A stretch of DNA of 63,911 nucleotides, counting the filler, from Pelomyxa schiedti (Eukaryota; Protista; Evosea), in NCBI GenBank assembly GCA_020536535.1. It is 14 parts of 14 records of this genome, joined end to end, with 100 filler letters (N's around TTAATTAATTAA, not from the genome) between each part and the next. Parts side by side here need not be neighbours in the genome. Positions count along the whole stretch, not along the records: positions 1 to 26,343 come from JAHLWZ010001039.1; positions 26,444 to 28,893 come from JAHLWZ010001986.1; positions 28,994 to 30,901 come from JAHLWZ010002212.1; positions 31,002 to 32,267 come from JAHLWZ010002637.1; positions 32,368 to 36,006 come from JAHLWZ010001711.1; 9 more parts are not named here. One strand, written 5' to 3'. A model generated the notes under the pieces. The model did not search any database, had not been told where the DNA came from, and saw nothing but the letters and a program-made list of their open reading frames with translations. Made by a program: the position numbers and the translations under genes. This document shows positions 19,882 to 32,428 of the stretch, one piece after another; the first letter of the stretch is position 1, and each line of letters starts with the position of its first letter.

Positions 19882-22800
19882 CTAGACGTTGAACACTTTG
19901 AGGGTTACGGGTTTAAATCCACCACGTGCTGTCCATGTGGGAATGTGGCTAAAACAGGGGTGCACGGGGAGCCACTCCAAATCCGGAATGTGGTTCCTGT
20001 GTACAGCCCAGATGGAATGCAGTGTTTGTCTGCCCGGTGCCCAGGAGAAAGGGGGTGTAGTCGCGTTCTTGTCACACAGAATCTTGACCCCGGAGTAGTG
20101 TCCTGACAGCAACATCTTCAGCTTCTCGATAACAAGGACACAGCCAGGATATATACTGTGGGAATGTGTTAAAGGGGAGGAAGGGGGGGGGAGATAGTGT
20201 GATTACAAGGATTCCTTGATTTGCCGGAAAGCTTTCTTTCCAACAAACGGGCACTCCACTAGCATTATTCCTGCTGCCTCTTCAAGGTCATAAGTGGTTG
20301 CAAACACAGCAGCATTTCTTGACCCGGATGCTCCACTTTCTCGGGCTGGAGGAGAGATTACTTTGCTACTCTGTTGGGAAGTGAAACACTTACCGATCAC
20401 ACTGTTGACCCGCTTGTTTCGTTGAAGAGCTGCCTCTGTTTCAATGAGTTTTATACAGTGGTTCATGCAGAAGTCGTTATTCATCTCTGTGAAAGGCACG
20501 AAAGTCCCACCAGTGATCTTTTTTTTTGTGGGACTTAGATGGAAAGAGGGAAAGAGTTTACCGCATCTCTTCTATCTGCATTTTTCCTGTGTGTATAGCT
20601 TTGAAGATCTGCAGGGATTAAGAAACGGAAAACAGGGGAAAAAAAGGTACAAATAGCAAATCTTTGGATAGGCTCGTCAACAATAGTAACTGATGAAGGT
20701 GCTGTTCCTTTGAGTACAACTTTTGTTGGTGTGCTGAAGAGGGTCTCAAACTGCTTCACGAGTTTTAGGGACCAAGATACATCTATCAAAGAAAGTTAAA
20801 CAAGTTGGTTCGTGATGGCTCCAACATTTATCAGTGTACTCCAAAAATTCTGTCATTTTTGGGCTCAGAGTAAAGTCTGCAGGGCTAGCAGCTGATTGAG
20901 AACACTAAATAGAATGAAGAACAGACTAACCTAAATTGTGGGGCATCCACCTTAAGAGGTTGAGGTGGAGCTGTTGACGATGCCCCTGACGGTTCAGTAG
21001 TTGAGACTGCCTTTGTGTCTGGTGCTGCTTCTGGCGTTTTAGCCGGGGCCGGGGACTGGGCCGACTTGGAAGCAAGAAATGCCTGTTTCCAGGGTGAGAC
21101 GGCGCAACTAGATCTTAATGTCTTTAAATATTCTTGTTCCCAAATCCGAGTGGGCTGTTCAACAACTAATAGAAGGTAAGGGGGGAGGGAGCGATGGGAA
21201 TGAGGCTGAACATTTCTCAATGTCTACATCAAAGAGATTCAGGATATCATTTACACCAATGTTGTCAACGGAAAATGCTGTAGCATTCATTCTTCTTCGT
21301 ATTTCCTCTTCACAGACAGCACTGAAAAATGGAGGCAGAATCTCTGGGGCCAAAACAAGGTCTAATGGCGATTTAGTAGGGAGTGAGACCGAGTATAAAA
21401 CCTCCTAATCTGAGGCCTGTGAACACTTGTCCCAAGAACACCAATGAACTTGGAATAACGTCTATCGTGCGTGTTGCGGGATTTGAGACATAGGATTCCA
21501 CCTTGCCAACAACTTCTGCTTTTAGCGAACACTCTTGATAAATCTGTGACCTCATTTAGTGCCTGAGAAGTTATCGATGCGTGTTGATTACTGCTTCACA
21601 AGTCTCCATGACCAATTGAAATTGTTCTTGCTTGAATTCTCCACCCTCATTACCTTCCCGAATAAGGCAAGCTAGTACGAGGAAAGGAATTGTAGTCACT
21701 TGCGAATACCTATGCATAGGGTGGGTATTCTTTCGTTTCACAATAAAATGTACGCGTAGCCAAGTACATCGAGAGTGCACAACCAGCCACATATGGACTT
21801 CATCTTGTGCTTGGCAACTGACCAGTGTTCAGGTGATATCTGGTTTTCGGTTAAAAAAACATAGTGTTCTAATCGGTTTTCTACCCAAAGGGGTATGCAA
21901 CCAGTAATGTCTTCTCGTGCAACACCCTTTAAAACTGAGCTATCTATACTAATAAAGGAATAAGATAAAAAATGGGGAAAGAGGCTTATACCTTCGTGTA
22001 AAACCTCCATGCGATGCTTCCTGAGACTCCTTTGCTTCAATGGAGTATCTTAAAGACTTGGAAAGGTAAATATGCAATATCCAAGAATAAGAGGTTGTAA
22101 CCTCCATGAAAGTGTCCGCGGATATATAAGTCTGGTGAACGGCTCGAACATTGAGTTGCGTTGGATCAGCAATTGCTGCTTCACTGCGTGTTACGCTGAG
22201 GGCAATGCACATGCAATCTGCATCAAGGCAACATTCAACCCAATCGCGGGTAGATATGGCGCAACGAATGTCACGCTAAGGCTATTAATAAGTTCTATTT
22301 GATCAACAAGACTACCTCGGCTTTTTTTTTATTCAGTGCAGCAACATCAATTGCCGCAGCTGCGTTGGCCATTTTCAATTCCAGATCCTACAAAGCCTGT
22401 TAGGAGCTAAATAAAGTAGTGGCGCTCACCTCCATCAAAGAGACATTCTTTTCAGCCCGCTGGTCAAGCTTCTTGCTAAGCCCACTCTTGGTGATATTGC
22501 GATATGTCATTGATGTGAATGATGCTATCTGGAAGGAGGTTACTATTTCTAATGAGGATGAGTAGTAGCTTTATCATTGGTAAGAGTGCCAGTAATTGCT
22601 TCAGCTAAAAACTTGTGGAATGTGACCATAAGTTCTTTCACTCGAAGTAACTCCTTGCAGTAGAGTTTTCTTTCCTGTACAATGTCACACAAAGCGACCT
22701 TGGGCGTGCCTACCACGGATTTCAATTTCATTGCCTCCAAAAGCATCTTATCAACTCTTGCATCACTACTCTCAGCTAGCTCTTTGATGTGTTGAAGTTT

Positions 22801-24616
22801 GTCACGCTCTTTCGTGGCCAATATTTGGTTAAGTAACCTAGAAACTACTAAAGTAAGAGATAGGAGGATGGAAATGTGTAGAAACTTTCAGACTCAATGT
22901 ATGCTATCTCTATCTTCATTTTATTCTGCTCCTAAAAGAATGTGAAACGAAATGGTGGATAAGCAGAAGTATACTTTTTGGAGTTTCATTGGGTACATGG
23001 CATCACCAAGAGTGATAAATACTGGACTTGGAATATTGACTTCATCCCAGGGTAAAGATATATTGCCTGTTCTTTGGTAATCCAAAACAAGCTTGTGGGT
23101 GTGCTTTGCAGGTGTCACAATACTAGCAGCAATCTGCCCAGTGTTAATATGATATAAAACAGGAATGAATTGGGTACCTGCTGGCAGCCGAGAAGATTTG
23201 TAATGGTGTTAGTGGCGCCTTCAATTTCGCTTGCAGTTTTGATGTACTGGAATGTTCCTTGCGTTGTACCAAGCTGTGGAATGGAACCAAGAAGAACGGC
23301 ATCATGTCCCTTTTTGTGAAGTGAGTTTCAAAGATGTGCACGCTGTTGTACTTACGGAAGTAAAACCAATTGAATGAACTTCGTTGGACATAGAAGAGTT
23401 TGACAGGAGATTTTTTAGGATGTTGTACTGTGCTTGTAGTTGTTCCTTTCCACATCCATCCTGTCCGTCTTTCAGAAGCTTATTAATATGATGACTCGGA
23501 ACGAATAAAGAAGTACCCGAGAAGAAGACAACAGCATGGTTTGATTTATCATATCGTGCAATAATGTCTCCAACGGCGCGAAAAGCCTCCACAAACGATG
23601 TACCACCACTCGCGCGGGTAGATTTAAAATCGCGCTCTATGTCACCGAATGGTTTGCCCTGTTCTTGTGGTTACAATGGTTCATCAAGGGTTCAAAACCA
23701 GTCACCTTACAAGGGTATATTGAAACCCGGCTATCATAGAAGATTACATCAATATCTTCAATTCCGCAAGCTCTGGCACCTTGAATAATGCCAAGAACAC
23801 TTTTCTTCGCATCTTCAATTGCATCACACATAGAGCCACTCTTCCAAAAGTTTTAGCAAGAAGAGGGTAACGGTCTTAACTAACCTTGTCCAGAGCAATT
23901 GTCAACGACTTGGGCACTGTCTTAACGCTTGAGAGTTGAGGTAAGTCTGCACTGAGAACAACACGGAGGGCCACAAGTTTTTTGCCCTTGGCACTAAATC
24001 TCTGGCAAACCTCACAGATTGTTGCAGGGGCAGTTTTATTAGGGTCATCCTCTGCCGAGTACGAATGTAATACACAGTAAGTAGCCGGGATTACGATAGA
24101 TGGAACTGATTCAACGGGAGTGGGCACAGACGACTCCGGAGTTGATGTAGTTGTACTCGTAGTAGTGCCAGTAGAAGGTGGTGGGACGGGCAGTACGGCT
24201 TGGCAACAGGCTGGAACATCATTCCACTGTACCAATAAATCATGTTCTAAAAGAATGCATAAGTTCTGAAATATGGTGGGGAAGTAGAAAAACCTTCAAC
24301 ACTAATGAACCCCGAATCAACAAGACCCCTTAGAAACTGTGCCTCTGGCTTCTCGGGCAATGCAACTGATGGAGAGGGGAAAAAAAAAAAAAACAAAACA
24401 AAACAACAAAACAAACCAAAAAAAAAAAAAAAACATAGGCGTCAGTCAGGTGCAGGGTGACAATGACATAGTTCGAGGATGTTGGGTTTTTTCAACATTC
24501 AGGTCGCAACTGTATTTTGTGGCCCACACGGCTTTGAGTCTATTGTATTCCTCATAGCCAAGAAAATCTCGTAGTGCGAAAAGTGCCCTGGCCTGCCCTC
24601 CAAATCTCTCTTCCAT
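19882..24616 (-). CDS. Large von Willebrand factor A (vWA) domain protein, multi-exon, C-terminal region of unknown function
   Basis: MIDAS motif TIALDK|SGSMCDAIEDAKKSVL, then RARGGTSFVEAFRAV and HAVVFFSG/DG. Long spliced C-terminal region (EHWSVAKHKMKSICGWLCTLDVLGYAY, QVTTIPFLVL) ending ..KPVTLKVFNV* at 19882. The start (MEERFGGQ.. at 24616) is tentative. Confidence 0.7.
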
Positions 24617-24825
24617 GTGTGTTGAATTTATTCGTTTTTGCCCGTTGAAAGGAAAAAACACCGTCCTGATGACACGCACTTTTTTCTTCGAGTTCTGTAT
24701 GCGGAAATGCTTGAGAAGCGGAATCCTGTTGAGGCTTTGGTGGATTGGCAGGCGCCACTCTGGGAAAAACCCAATTAACGGATCAGAACGCGCTGTCATT
24801 TCGTTGTTTGGCCAGTCCCGGCGTC

Positions 24826-25167
24826 TGGGGTTTTTTAGTCACCATGTGTCTCGATGACACCTACTCCCATAATTGGTGCACGACCGAACCGTTACTGTTC
24901 TTTGGGGTGTGGGCGAAGTGGGTAGTGAAACTTGTAGTTGACTCGTNNNNNNNNNNNNNNNNNNNNNNNNNNNNNNNNNNNNNNNNNNNNNNNNNNNNNN
25001 NNNNNNNNNNNNNNNNNNNNNNNNNNNNNNNNNNNNNNNNNNNNNNTGGGGTTTTTTAGTCACCATGTGTCTCGATGACACCTACTCCCATAATTGGTGC
25101 ACGACCGAACCGTTACTGTTCTTTGGGGTGTGGGCGAAGTGGGTAGTGAAACTTGTAGTTGACTCGT
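24826..25167. other. Scaffold gap of 100 N flanked by a 121-bp exact duplication (assembly overlap artefact)
   Basis: 24826-24946 is identical to 25047-25167 on the two sides of the N run. Confidence 0.9.
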
Positions 25168-26343
25168 GTCAGTTGCCTGTCAACACCCCCGATGTCTTTG
25201 ACCACTTGATATTGTGGGACCTGTGAGACTGGATTGTGGGTGCATTGTATTCTTCATATCAATGTCATCTTTTGTGCTCATGAAAGATGACTCCAATCAA
25301 GGAACAATGAACACGATACAAACACAAGGCAATGAGTGGAACCTGGATCAACCACATGATACGCAAATGGCACTGAAGGCGATTTTTCTGAAAGATTGAA
25401 ACTCAACGGAAACACCCACAAATTAGTCATGAACACCTCACGTCGCATCGGGGAGAAAACACAAAAGGAATGACTGTCATAACAGCCTCCTCCTCCAACA
25501 CGATGTCCAACCTGGGTGCCAAGGGAAACTTTGTCACTACGTTGGGATGACAGTAGCATTTATTTCACCCACAATAAATTGCTAGTGTCACCACAACCAT
25601 CGTGCACAAGCTTCCTAGCATCACAGATGGGGATTGTGTCCAAAACCATGTGAAGGCAGCTTATGGTAGACAGGCCTTTGAAACTGTTGGTGTGTTTGAC
25701 ACTCATTCCTTTTGTGTTTTCTCAGGGTTTTTTTGGTCTACTGGTTTATAATATTGGCTCTGGAGTCTGTGAAGGGCAGCAGACTGTTCTGGCACACATT
25801 CCAGGTTGTACTCGCGGGGGTTGGTGTGGGAGATAGAAGGATTCGACTTCGTATTAACTGAAGCCCACTCAAACGAGAGAATATTAACAACACAACTGAT
25901 GAGAACTTGTAAGCAGAGTGAAAACAACAGACAACAACCTATCTTGATTCGAATCCTACTGAACTCCACAGCTACAGAGACAACAGAGCCTATTAAAATT
26001 GTAGAGATATTAGAACAGAATGATAGGGGAGATGTAATTTAAATACCTTTTGCTTGCTGTCAGAAGAGAAGAACTGAACTGAACTTAACGTGCTGAAATT
26101 TCATTCCACCTTACAACTGTGCAGGGGAGTGACGTAAACAACGGTCCAGTTGCAAAACGAATTGTATTTTCTGTGTTAATAAGCCTGCGGTTGAAATGAT
26201 CCACCACCACCATCATCAGCAGCAGCAGCACCCCCAGCCAGCAAGAGGGTTCGGAGAATAATCCACTTCATATCACGACCAGCAGCTCCGCAAGGGACCC
26301 CAATGCAAACCACATCAGCCGTCACCCTTGCAGTTCTACAACA

Positions 26344-26443
26344 NNNNNNNNNNNNNNNNNNNNNNNNNNNNNNNNNNNNNNNNNNNNTTAATTAATTAAN
26401 NNNNNNNNNNNNNNNNNNNNNNNNNNNNNNNNNNNNNNNNNNN
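26344..26443. other. Artificial contig-joining linker N-TTAATTAATTAA-N (first of 13)
   Basis: The 12-mer has stops in all six frames and is embedded in N runs. Copies start at about 26388, 28938, 30946, 32312, 36051, 37182, 38457, 40733, 44215, 47139, 49265, 61374 and 62833. Plain 100-N gaps lie at 24947, 52306 and 55112. Confidence 0.97.
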
Positions 26444-26781
26444 AGCACATTGGTGTGTCTGTTGGCCGTTGGCGTGCTGCAAACTGTGTGCACACTGTTT
26501 TCCCAGAAAAACGCTCGTTTTTTGATCGTGTGCACACCGAAAAAGTTTGGGCAGTCCCAATAATCCAGGAACGACGCGGCGCCCCCCGTCGCGGACGAGA
26601 AGCCCCTCTGCCACCACCGCCCGCCCCCCGCCGCCGCCGACGTCCCCGCCCCCGCCTGCTGCTGCTTGTCCCCAGCGTAGACGACCTTGGACCACCCCAG
26701 CAGCAGCACGTAGACCAGAGCAACTACGACGAATCTCCACAGAGTCCAGCGGCAGCACCCGCCCCTCGTTCGTTTCGCCAT
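26444..26781 (-). CDS. 5' end of a type II membrane/secreted protein (truncated by contig end)
   Basis: MAKRTRGGCCRWTLWRFVVVALVYVLLLGWSKVVYAG: basic N-terminus plus a hydrophobic anchor, GC-rich exon. Confidence 0.5.
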
Positions 26782-27230
26782 CTCCCACAAGGCAGGCCCT
26801 GCTGTTGGAAATTGCTTGTTTGTTTGATTGTTGTACAAGTTAAATTACGATTACGGTCAACGGATCTCGTATGACGAGTTATTTAACCGACGGCAGGCAA
26901 ACTGCTTGAGTTTAGGACTTGCTTCACAGACGGATCTAAGAATAAATTATCTTGCGTGGCGTTGGGGACACCCGATCTGGGTCCGGAGCAGATCTCGTTG
27001 GATAGAAAGAGGCGATAGCTCGCAGTTTCGGCTTAGTGAAATTCCCCTGAGTTTTTGCTTGGATTCACCTTAGAAAAGGATGAGATACGAGGGAAATGGG
27101 CAGGGAATAAGCACAAGTCCGAGCATTTAAAGGAGTGGCGACGTGAAAAAAACCAAATAAATACAAAATAAATAAGCGAACAAATAAAAAAAACCAAACA
27201 ACTAAAACACACAACTCAAACAAAAACAAA

Positions 27231-28049
27231 ATGTCATTCAGATACTCACCATTCTTTGGCATGAACCCATGGGCTGAGATGAACCGCATTCACAGGCAGA
27301 TGTCTCAACTCCTGGATGCCTTTGATCCCTACTGGATGGAAGCGGAGCCAACTTACGGCCCTACTTGTACATGCAGACACAGGCCACAGGAAATTGAACA
27401 GCGAGAGAGAAAGCCGGAACCTATGGAGGAACAACCTGAAAAGGGGAGTGAGGAGTCAAGTCTGGAATCAGCAACAAAACCTGTCACGGCAGACAGCAAG
27501 CCGGCTGAGGAAAGCGAGGCTCCCAAGTCAGAACCAATGGAACCAGAGAAGCCTGCAAATGCGTCAGTGCAAGGAAATGATAGTGCGTCAGTGGCAGCTC
27601 CCAAACCTTCATCAGCAGCTCTGGTTGCAGAAAAAAGCAGGGCCCCGCACTCACTTTGGGATGGATTCTGGAGGAATCCCCAGCAACTGGAACTGTGGTG
27701 GCCCAAATCCGATGTCAAAGAGACAGAGTCACACATACAAGTCATGGCGGAGCTTCCAGGAGTCAGCAAGAAGGACGTGAAAGTGGAAGTCACACCAGAT
27801 GGAGTCCTCGTCATATCCGGAAACAAGGAGCACACCAAGGAGGAGAATTCCGGCTCGGAAGGGGATAAGGAAGCCCGCTGGCGCACAACAGAGAGGACAT
27901 TCGGTCACTTCTGCAGGAGCTTCAGGCTGCCAAAAGGAGCTGATGCAACACAGGTCACTGCTGCATTTGAAAACGGAACACTCACTGTCACTGTGCCCAA
28001 GCCGCCAGTTGCACCATTGCCAGAGTCCCACAAAGTAGAAATCCACTGA
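27231..28049 (+). CDS. Small heat shock protein (HSP20/alpha-crystallin domain), intronless
   Basis: WPKSDVKETESHIQVMAELPGVSKKDVKVEV..VLVISG..ERTFGHFCRSFRLPKGADATQVTAAFENGTLTVTVPK..KVEIH. Long acidic/Pro linker before the domain. Confidence 0.95.
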   Translation: MSFRYSPFFGMNPWAEMNRIHRQMSQLLDAFDPYWMEAEPTYGPTCTCRHRPQEIEQRERKPEPMEEQPEKGSEESSLESATKPVTADSKPAEESEAPKSEPMEPEKPANASVQGNDSASVAAPKPSSAALVAEKSRAPHSLWDGFWRNPQQLELWWPKSDVKETESHIQVMAELPGVSKKDVKVEVTPDGVLVISGNKEHTKEENSGSEGDKEARWRTTERTFGHFCRSFRLPKGADATQVTAAFENGTLTVTVPKPPVAPLPESHKVEIH

Positions 28050-28418
28050 GAAACAACCTCAGTTAGACGATGTAAACAGCCATTTTATAAAGATAATTTT
28101 CGTTTTTGTTTTAATCTTCTTCATGCATAAAGAAGATTAAAAAATATAAAAGCGTACGTACTGGTAAAATAACCTTTAAATGCATGGCTCCAAGGGTACT
28201 CAGTTCGTAACTGATTGTGGGAGTGACGTTGAGTGTCGGGAGCTCCTTTCCTTTGTACGAAATAAAAGTTGTTAGGAGAAAAACACCAGCAATCAAACCG
28301 GGAAAAGCCACCCGACCAACAAGCACAAACAATAAAAAAAAATACAAAAACCACCGGAGCCGTGACCGGCGACATCTACCACGCACAGATCTTGTTGTTT
28401 TGGTTTTGAGAGAATAAC

Positions 28419-28893
28419 ATGTCTGACGACGCAGCAATAAGAAAGGCTTTCGACGTGTGGGACAAGGTTGGTTGCTGCTAGTCTTCGCTATTTTTTTTTT
28501 TCCCTAATTTTTTTTTCCCTTTGGGGCAGAACAAGGATGGCTACATTTCCAAGACGGAAGTGGCCGAAGTGTTGGCCGCGGCTGGCGTTGGTGCCGGCAA
28601 CATTGCTTCTTTGACTGAGGACGTTATGTCAAAGGTACCTTGGACTCCAATGTCATTCTAATATTATATTTAAAACCAATAACATTTGGATAATCTTGTT
28701 GGTGCCGGCTTGTTTTTCATAATACAAAGTATATTGTTGACTTTTCTAACAAATCTTACATTGTAGACCGATCTCAACAAGGACGATAGGATATCATTTG
28801 AGGTAAGGATAGATTTTATTTCGACTTTCTGTTATAACCACAATATGAAGGAATTCAAAACGGCAATGGCCTCAGGCAAACTCACTATGAAAA
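28419..28893 (+). CDS. Small two-EF-hand calcium-binding protein (3' truncated)
   Basis: Spliced MSDDAAIRKAFDVWDK|NKDGYISKTEVAEVL..VMSK|TDLNKDDRISFE|EFKTAM; both loops are canonical EF loops (DxNxDG, DxNxDD). Confidence 0.85.
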
Positions 28894-28993
28894 NNNNNNN
28901 NNNNNNNNNNNNNNNNNNNNNNNNNNNNNNNNNNNNNTTAATTAATTAANNNNNNNNNNNNNNNNNNNNNNNNNNNNNNNNNNNNNNNNNNNN

Positions 28994-30473
28994 TGGCTGT
29001 TTGAGAGGTTTGGGTTTGGGAGTAATTTGCACCAAACGGCACTTTCTGAGCTTTGTACTTGGTGTTCATGGGGATCCTGCCCTGGCAATTTGAAGTGGTT
29101 CACTGGCACCTTACTAGTCTGCCCAAACAAAGATCGTGTGACAAGGAGCCTTGTGTCAAACAAGCACAGCACGGTTGAAGATTGCAAATGGCAGCCGTGG
29201 GTGGAGGGTGAGATTCGTGGAGGTGGTTACACTGATCTTCTGGAAGATGTGCACAACCCGGAAGTTGTCAAGTGGTTGGTAACCACTCTTTCATCTCAGC
29301 CAAGTGAGGATGATCTCAATCGTATCTGCAAAAAAACTGGAGACGTGGAACTCACTCAGTGGCTTGTCACAGAGCACAAGTTCGCACCAACAGCAGCAAC
29401 CTTTGAATCAGCATGTTCAACACCAAGGAAAAAAGGATCCACACTTGCCAGGTGGCTGTCTCCGAGGGTGTCACTCTCTGAAACCGACATCATCAAATCA
29501 CTTGTGTCTGCACTCATCTGGGGAAACATGGAAGTCGCAGAGTGGTTGGACGAGACCTTCCACGTGATGGATGCTGTCAACTCCAATGCAGAGGTTGCTG
29601 AAAACTGCTTGGTTGAGATCTGCACAGAGCTCGGTGATTACAAAGACAAGGTGGTGGGACTGGAGTGGTTCCTTCAGCATCTCTCAGCACCGGATCATTC
29701 AGGGATAAGCATGAGTTGCATTCACAAGGCCATTTCACAAGCCCTCCCTTATCGCACGAATGCAATTGCCGTGTTGCTGGAGACATTCCCTGCAGTTGAA
29801 CCGCTCCTTGACGAAGCACAGTTTGAGAAGATTGTGTCTGAATTCATGAAGTATCACCTGAATGGTTTCCAGTGCCTGTGTTCCGGTTCTCGCTCCTCAG
29901 TTTTGACATCAGAGTTCATTGGGAACTGCCTGACATCAAAGTCATTCAATCCACACTCCAGCAAGGTTGTCAAGTGGGTGATTCAGAAGTTCAACCTTCA
30001 ATACTCTCAAATCAAGGCCAACAACAACCGGCTCTTGTTCAAACTCTTGTCAGGTCGGAAGAACCGTTGTGCACAGTGGCTTCTCAATCGATTCAACATC
30101 CCTTTGTCTGATGTGTGTCTCTCACCATTAAAATGCATTGCAACACATACACACATCCAACACCACAACAAAAAAAAAACACTCAACACATTCCATCCAG
30201 ATTGTGGACATGGCTCAATTGGGAAGCAAGTGTGCTGACAGCATGGACCTCACAGGTTGGCACATGATTCTGGATAGTTATGGTCCCTCAATTGACCGTT
30301 CACTGATACGCAAGCACTTGATGCCACTTGTGTCACGTTCTCCTCACGTTGCAATCCACATCATCGACTCGTTTGGGCTCACAATTAACGAATTCCGTGA
30401 GTATGTGATTGCACAGTCCAGACACACTTTTGAAGTTTCCGTCAAGTTGTGGCTTGGCATACCTTTGAGTTAA
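28994..30473 (+). CDS. Degenerate ankyrin-like W-rich repeat protein (5' truncated)
   Basis: 403-aa ORF with repeats HNPEVVKWLV, TGDVELTQWLV, ALIWGNMEVAEWLDETF, CAQWLLNRF. An intron near 30115-30200 leads to the final exon, stop at 30473. Confidence 0.6.
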
Positions 30474-30518
30474 GAAAACGATAGAAATAGATGTGGTTCC
30501 TTAACTTGAGGAGGAGCA

Positions 30519-30735
30519 TGTTAGCTTCTGTGGGCTCGTGAATAAGTCCCACAGAGGAAGAAAACAAGTGAAAGTGGGTTAAAAGGCTGCGATGTTCAAA
30601 TGGATTCTTGGACAAGTGTGCATGTAATCAAAACCGCCTGCCGCGTTCTTGTTGCTGTATTTGTGCGCCCAGCTGCGCTGTGCGCTTATCATTACCTTTG
30701 CTGTCTCATTCTGGTAATAGTCCAGATTCGGCTCA
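30519..30735 (-). mobile_element. Partial copy A of a ~400-bp TGT...ACA dispersed element
   Basis: Reverse-strand match to 63169-63569 from GAGCCGAATCTGGAC to the end ..CCCACAGAAGCTAACA. It has a ~95-bp internal deletion and lacks the 5' part. Confidence 0.85.
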
Positions 30736-31001
30736 CCCTGAATCCAAAGTGTGCCCACGTTCCCCAATTTGGATGGGATCGGGGAGATTTAACACAATTT
30801 GTATGCACATTGGAGAGCTGAATTCGTGCCCAAGTTGGTAGTGGAAACCCAAAGTGGGGAATCTCTCCATACCACTAAGTCAGACGCGAAGTCGATTAGC
30901 TNNNNNNNNNNNNNNNNNNNNNNNNNNNNNNNNNNNNNNNNNNNNTTAATTAATTAANNNNNNNNNNNNNNNNNNNNNNNNNNNNNNNNNNNNNNNNNNN
31001 N

Positions 31002-31466
31002 TGTGCACATAGTGCTCCACAAAAGGATGCCCAGCAAGAGCTTCAACAATGCAAGTCTTTCCTGACCCAATGTCACCCATGACACTCACTTTGATTCCAT
31101 GCTGTGCGCAGTCCCTGTATTTTGGTATCAGTTGGTCCAACTCGCCGCGCGGTGACGTCACCCATGCAACTCCCGCAAACCGCCGCGAGTGAATCATTTT
31201 CAGCTTTCTGGTTTGGCAGAGTTTTTAAACGTCAAAAGCGAAATACCATCTCCGCGCGGCCGAACAAGCACCACAAAGCAAAACAGACAGCACGCGCACA
31301 CCGCCGTCGTGACCTTACATTGCAGCGAACGAGTGGAACAGCTTGTTGACGCGGTCGAGTGCGGCCAACGTGAGCACATCGTACACGTGGCCGACAATGC
31401 GCTCAGCAATGCACGCATCAACGATACCGTTCGAACCACCACGTTGCACGGAGTTGTTGCCGACAT
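31002..31466 (-). CDS. Ras/Rho-like GTPase with N-terminal extension (3' truncated)
   Basis: GIKVSVMGDIGSGKTCIVEALAGHPFVEHYVH resembles the Rho G1/G2 region. Start uncertain. Confidence 0.6.
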
Positions 31467-31478
31467 TCATTTCTCAGA

Positions 31479-31993
31479 ATGATCACTCCGGGAAAAATGC
31501 AAGAAAAACGAAACGTCGGCTGGACGGACGAGGAGGCATCAGATGCCACACAACAGCAGCAAAGCGACGGAGGTTGGGATGGTTGTTACGTCGTAACAAC
31601 GGCGAGATCTACAGCTGGCGACCAACCCAGCAGGGTTACGTCGGCGATGGCTGCACTCGAACTCGAACCGACGACGACCGTGGAGAGCGCAGCGTGGGCG
31701 ACCAACTCCAACGACCGCAACGTCGCGTTCACTGGAATGGTGCACCTCAGAATGCTGCTCTGCTCGGAGGGTACCCCATAATACTGTCCTCGTACGAGAC
31801 GCGCTTGCTCACTCGCTCTTGCATTTTATCATGTAATATTGATTGATTATCTTTTAAATGTATTTATTCTTACTGACAGTATAAGGTATAATTATGTGAG
31901 GTGTCCTTACTACCTTTTTTTTGGCAGAACCGCCCATTGCCGAAGTCATTGAGACTGGCGTTTTGCCGCGCCTCATTCAGTTTTTATCTCTGG
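31479..31993 (+). CDS. Importin-alpha-like ARM repeat protein, N-terminal fragment
   Basis: NSNDRNVAFTGMVHLRMLLCSE|EPPIAEVIETGVLPRLIQFLS resembles the first ARM repeat of importin alpha. Intron about 31770-31927. Confidence 0.65.
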
Positions 31994-32428
31994 TGTGTGC
32001 ATATTTGTATGCATCACATCTCCTTGATTTTTTTTTTTGTTGTTGTTGTCACACTGACCATGATGGAACTGTGAATCTTCTTGCAGTCAGATGATACGAA
32101 TTTTCAATGCGAAGCGCTTTGGGCATTAACAAACAGTCTGTTCTTATGTTCTCCCCAAGTTTCAGCTTATTAAATTGGGAAATCAAGTTTGCAGTGGCAG
32201 CAACACCAAACAGACAGAGGAAGTGATTATATGCGGAATTTTGCCACAATTACTCGACCTGCTTTCCNNNNNNNNNNNNNNNNNNNNNNNNNNNNNNNNN
32301 NNNNNNNNNNNTTAATTAATTAANNNNNNNNNNNNNNNNNNNNNNNNNNNNNNNNNNNNNNNNNNNNTCAAGCAACAAAGGAATCCTATGGCACCCAAAA
32401 TTATAAAATAGAAGAAATTTTTTTGATT

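Noticed and set aside
24826-25167. 121-bp direct repeat
   Set aside because: Exact overlap on both sides of a 100-N gap, typical of a scaffolding artefact.
25167-26343. Short ORFs on both strands that might form a gene
   Set aside because: No consistent splice model or recognisable motif could be built.
30840-30901. tRNA-like A-box (TTAGTGGTAT) on the minus strand near element copy A
   Set aside because: No cloverleaf or B-box found; cannot support a tRNA or SINE head.
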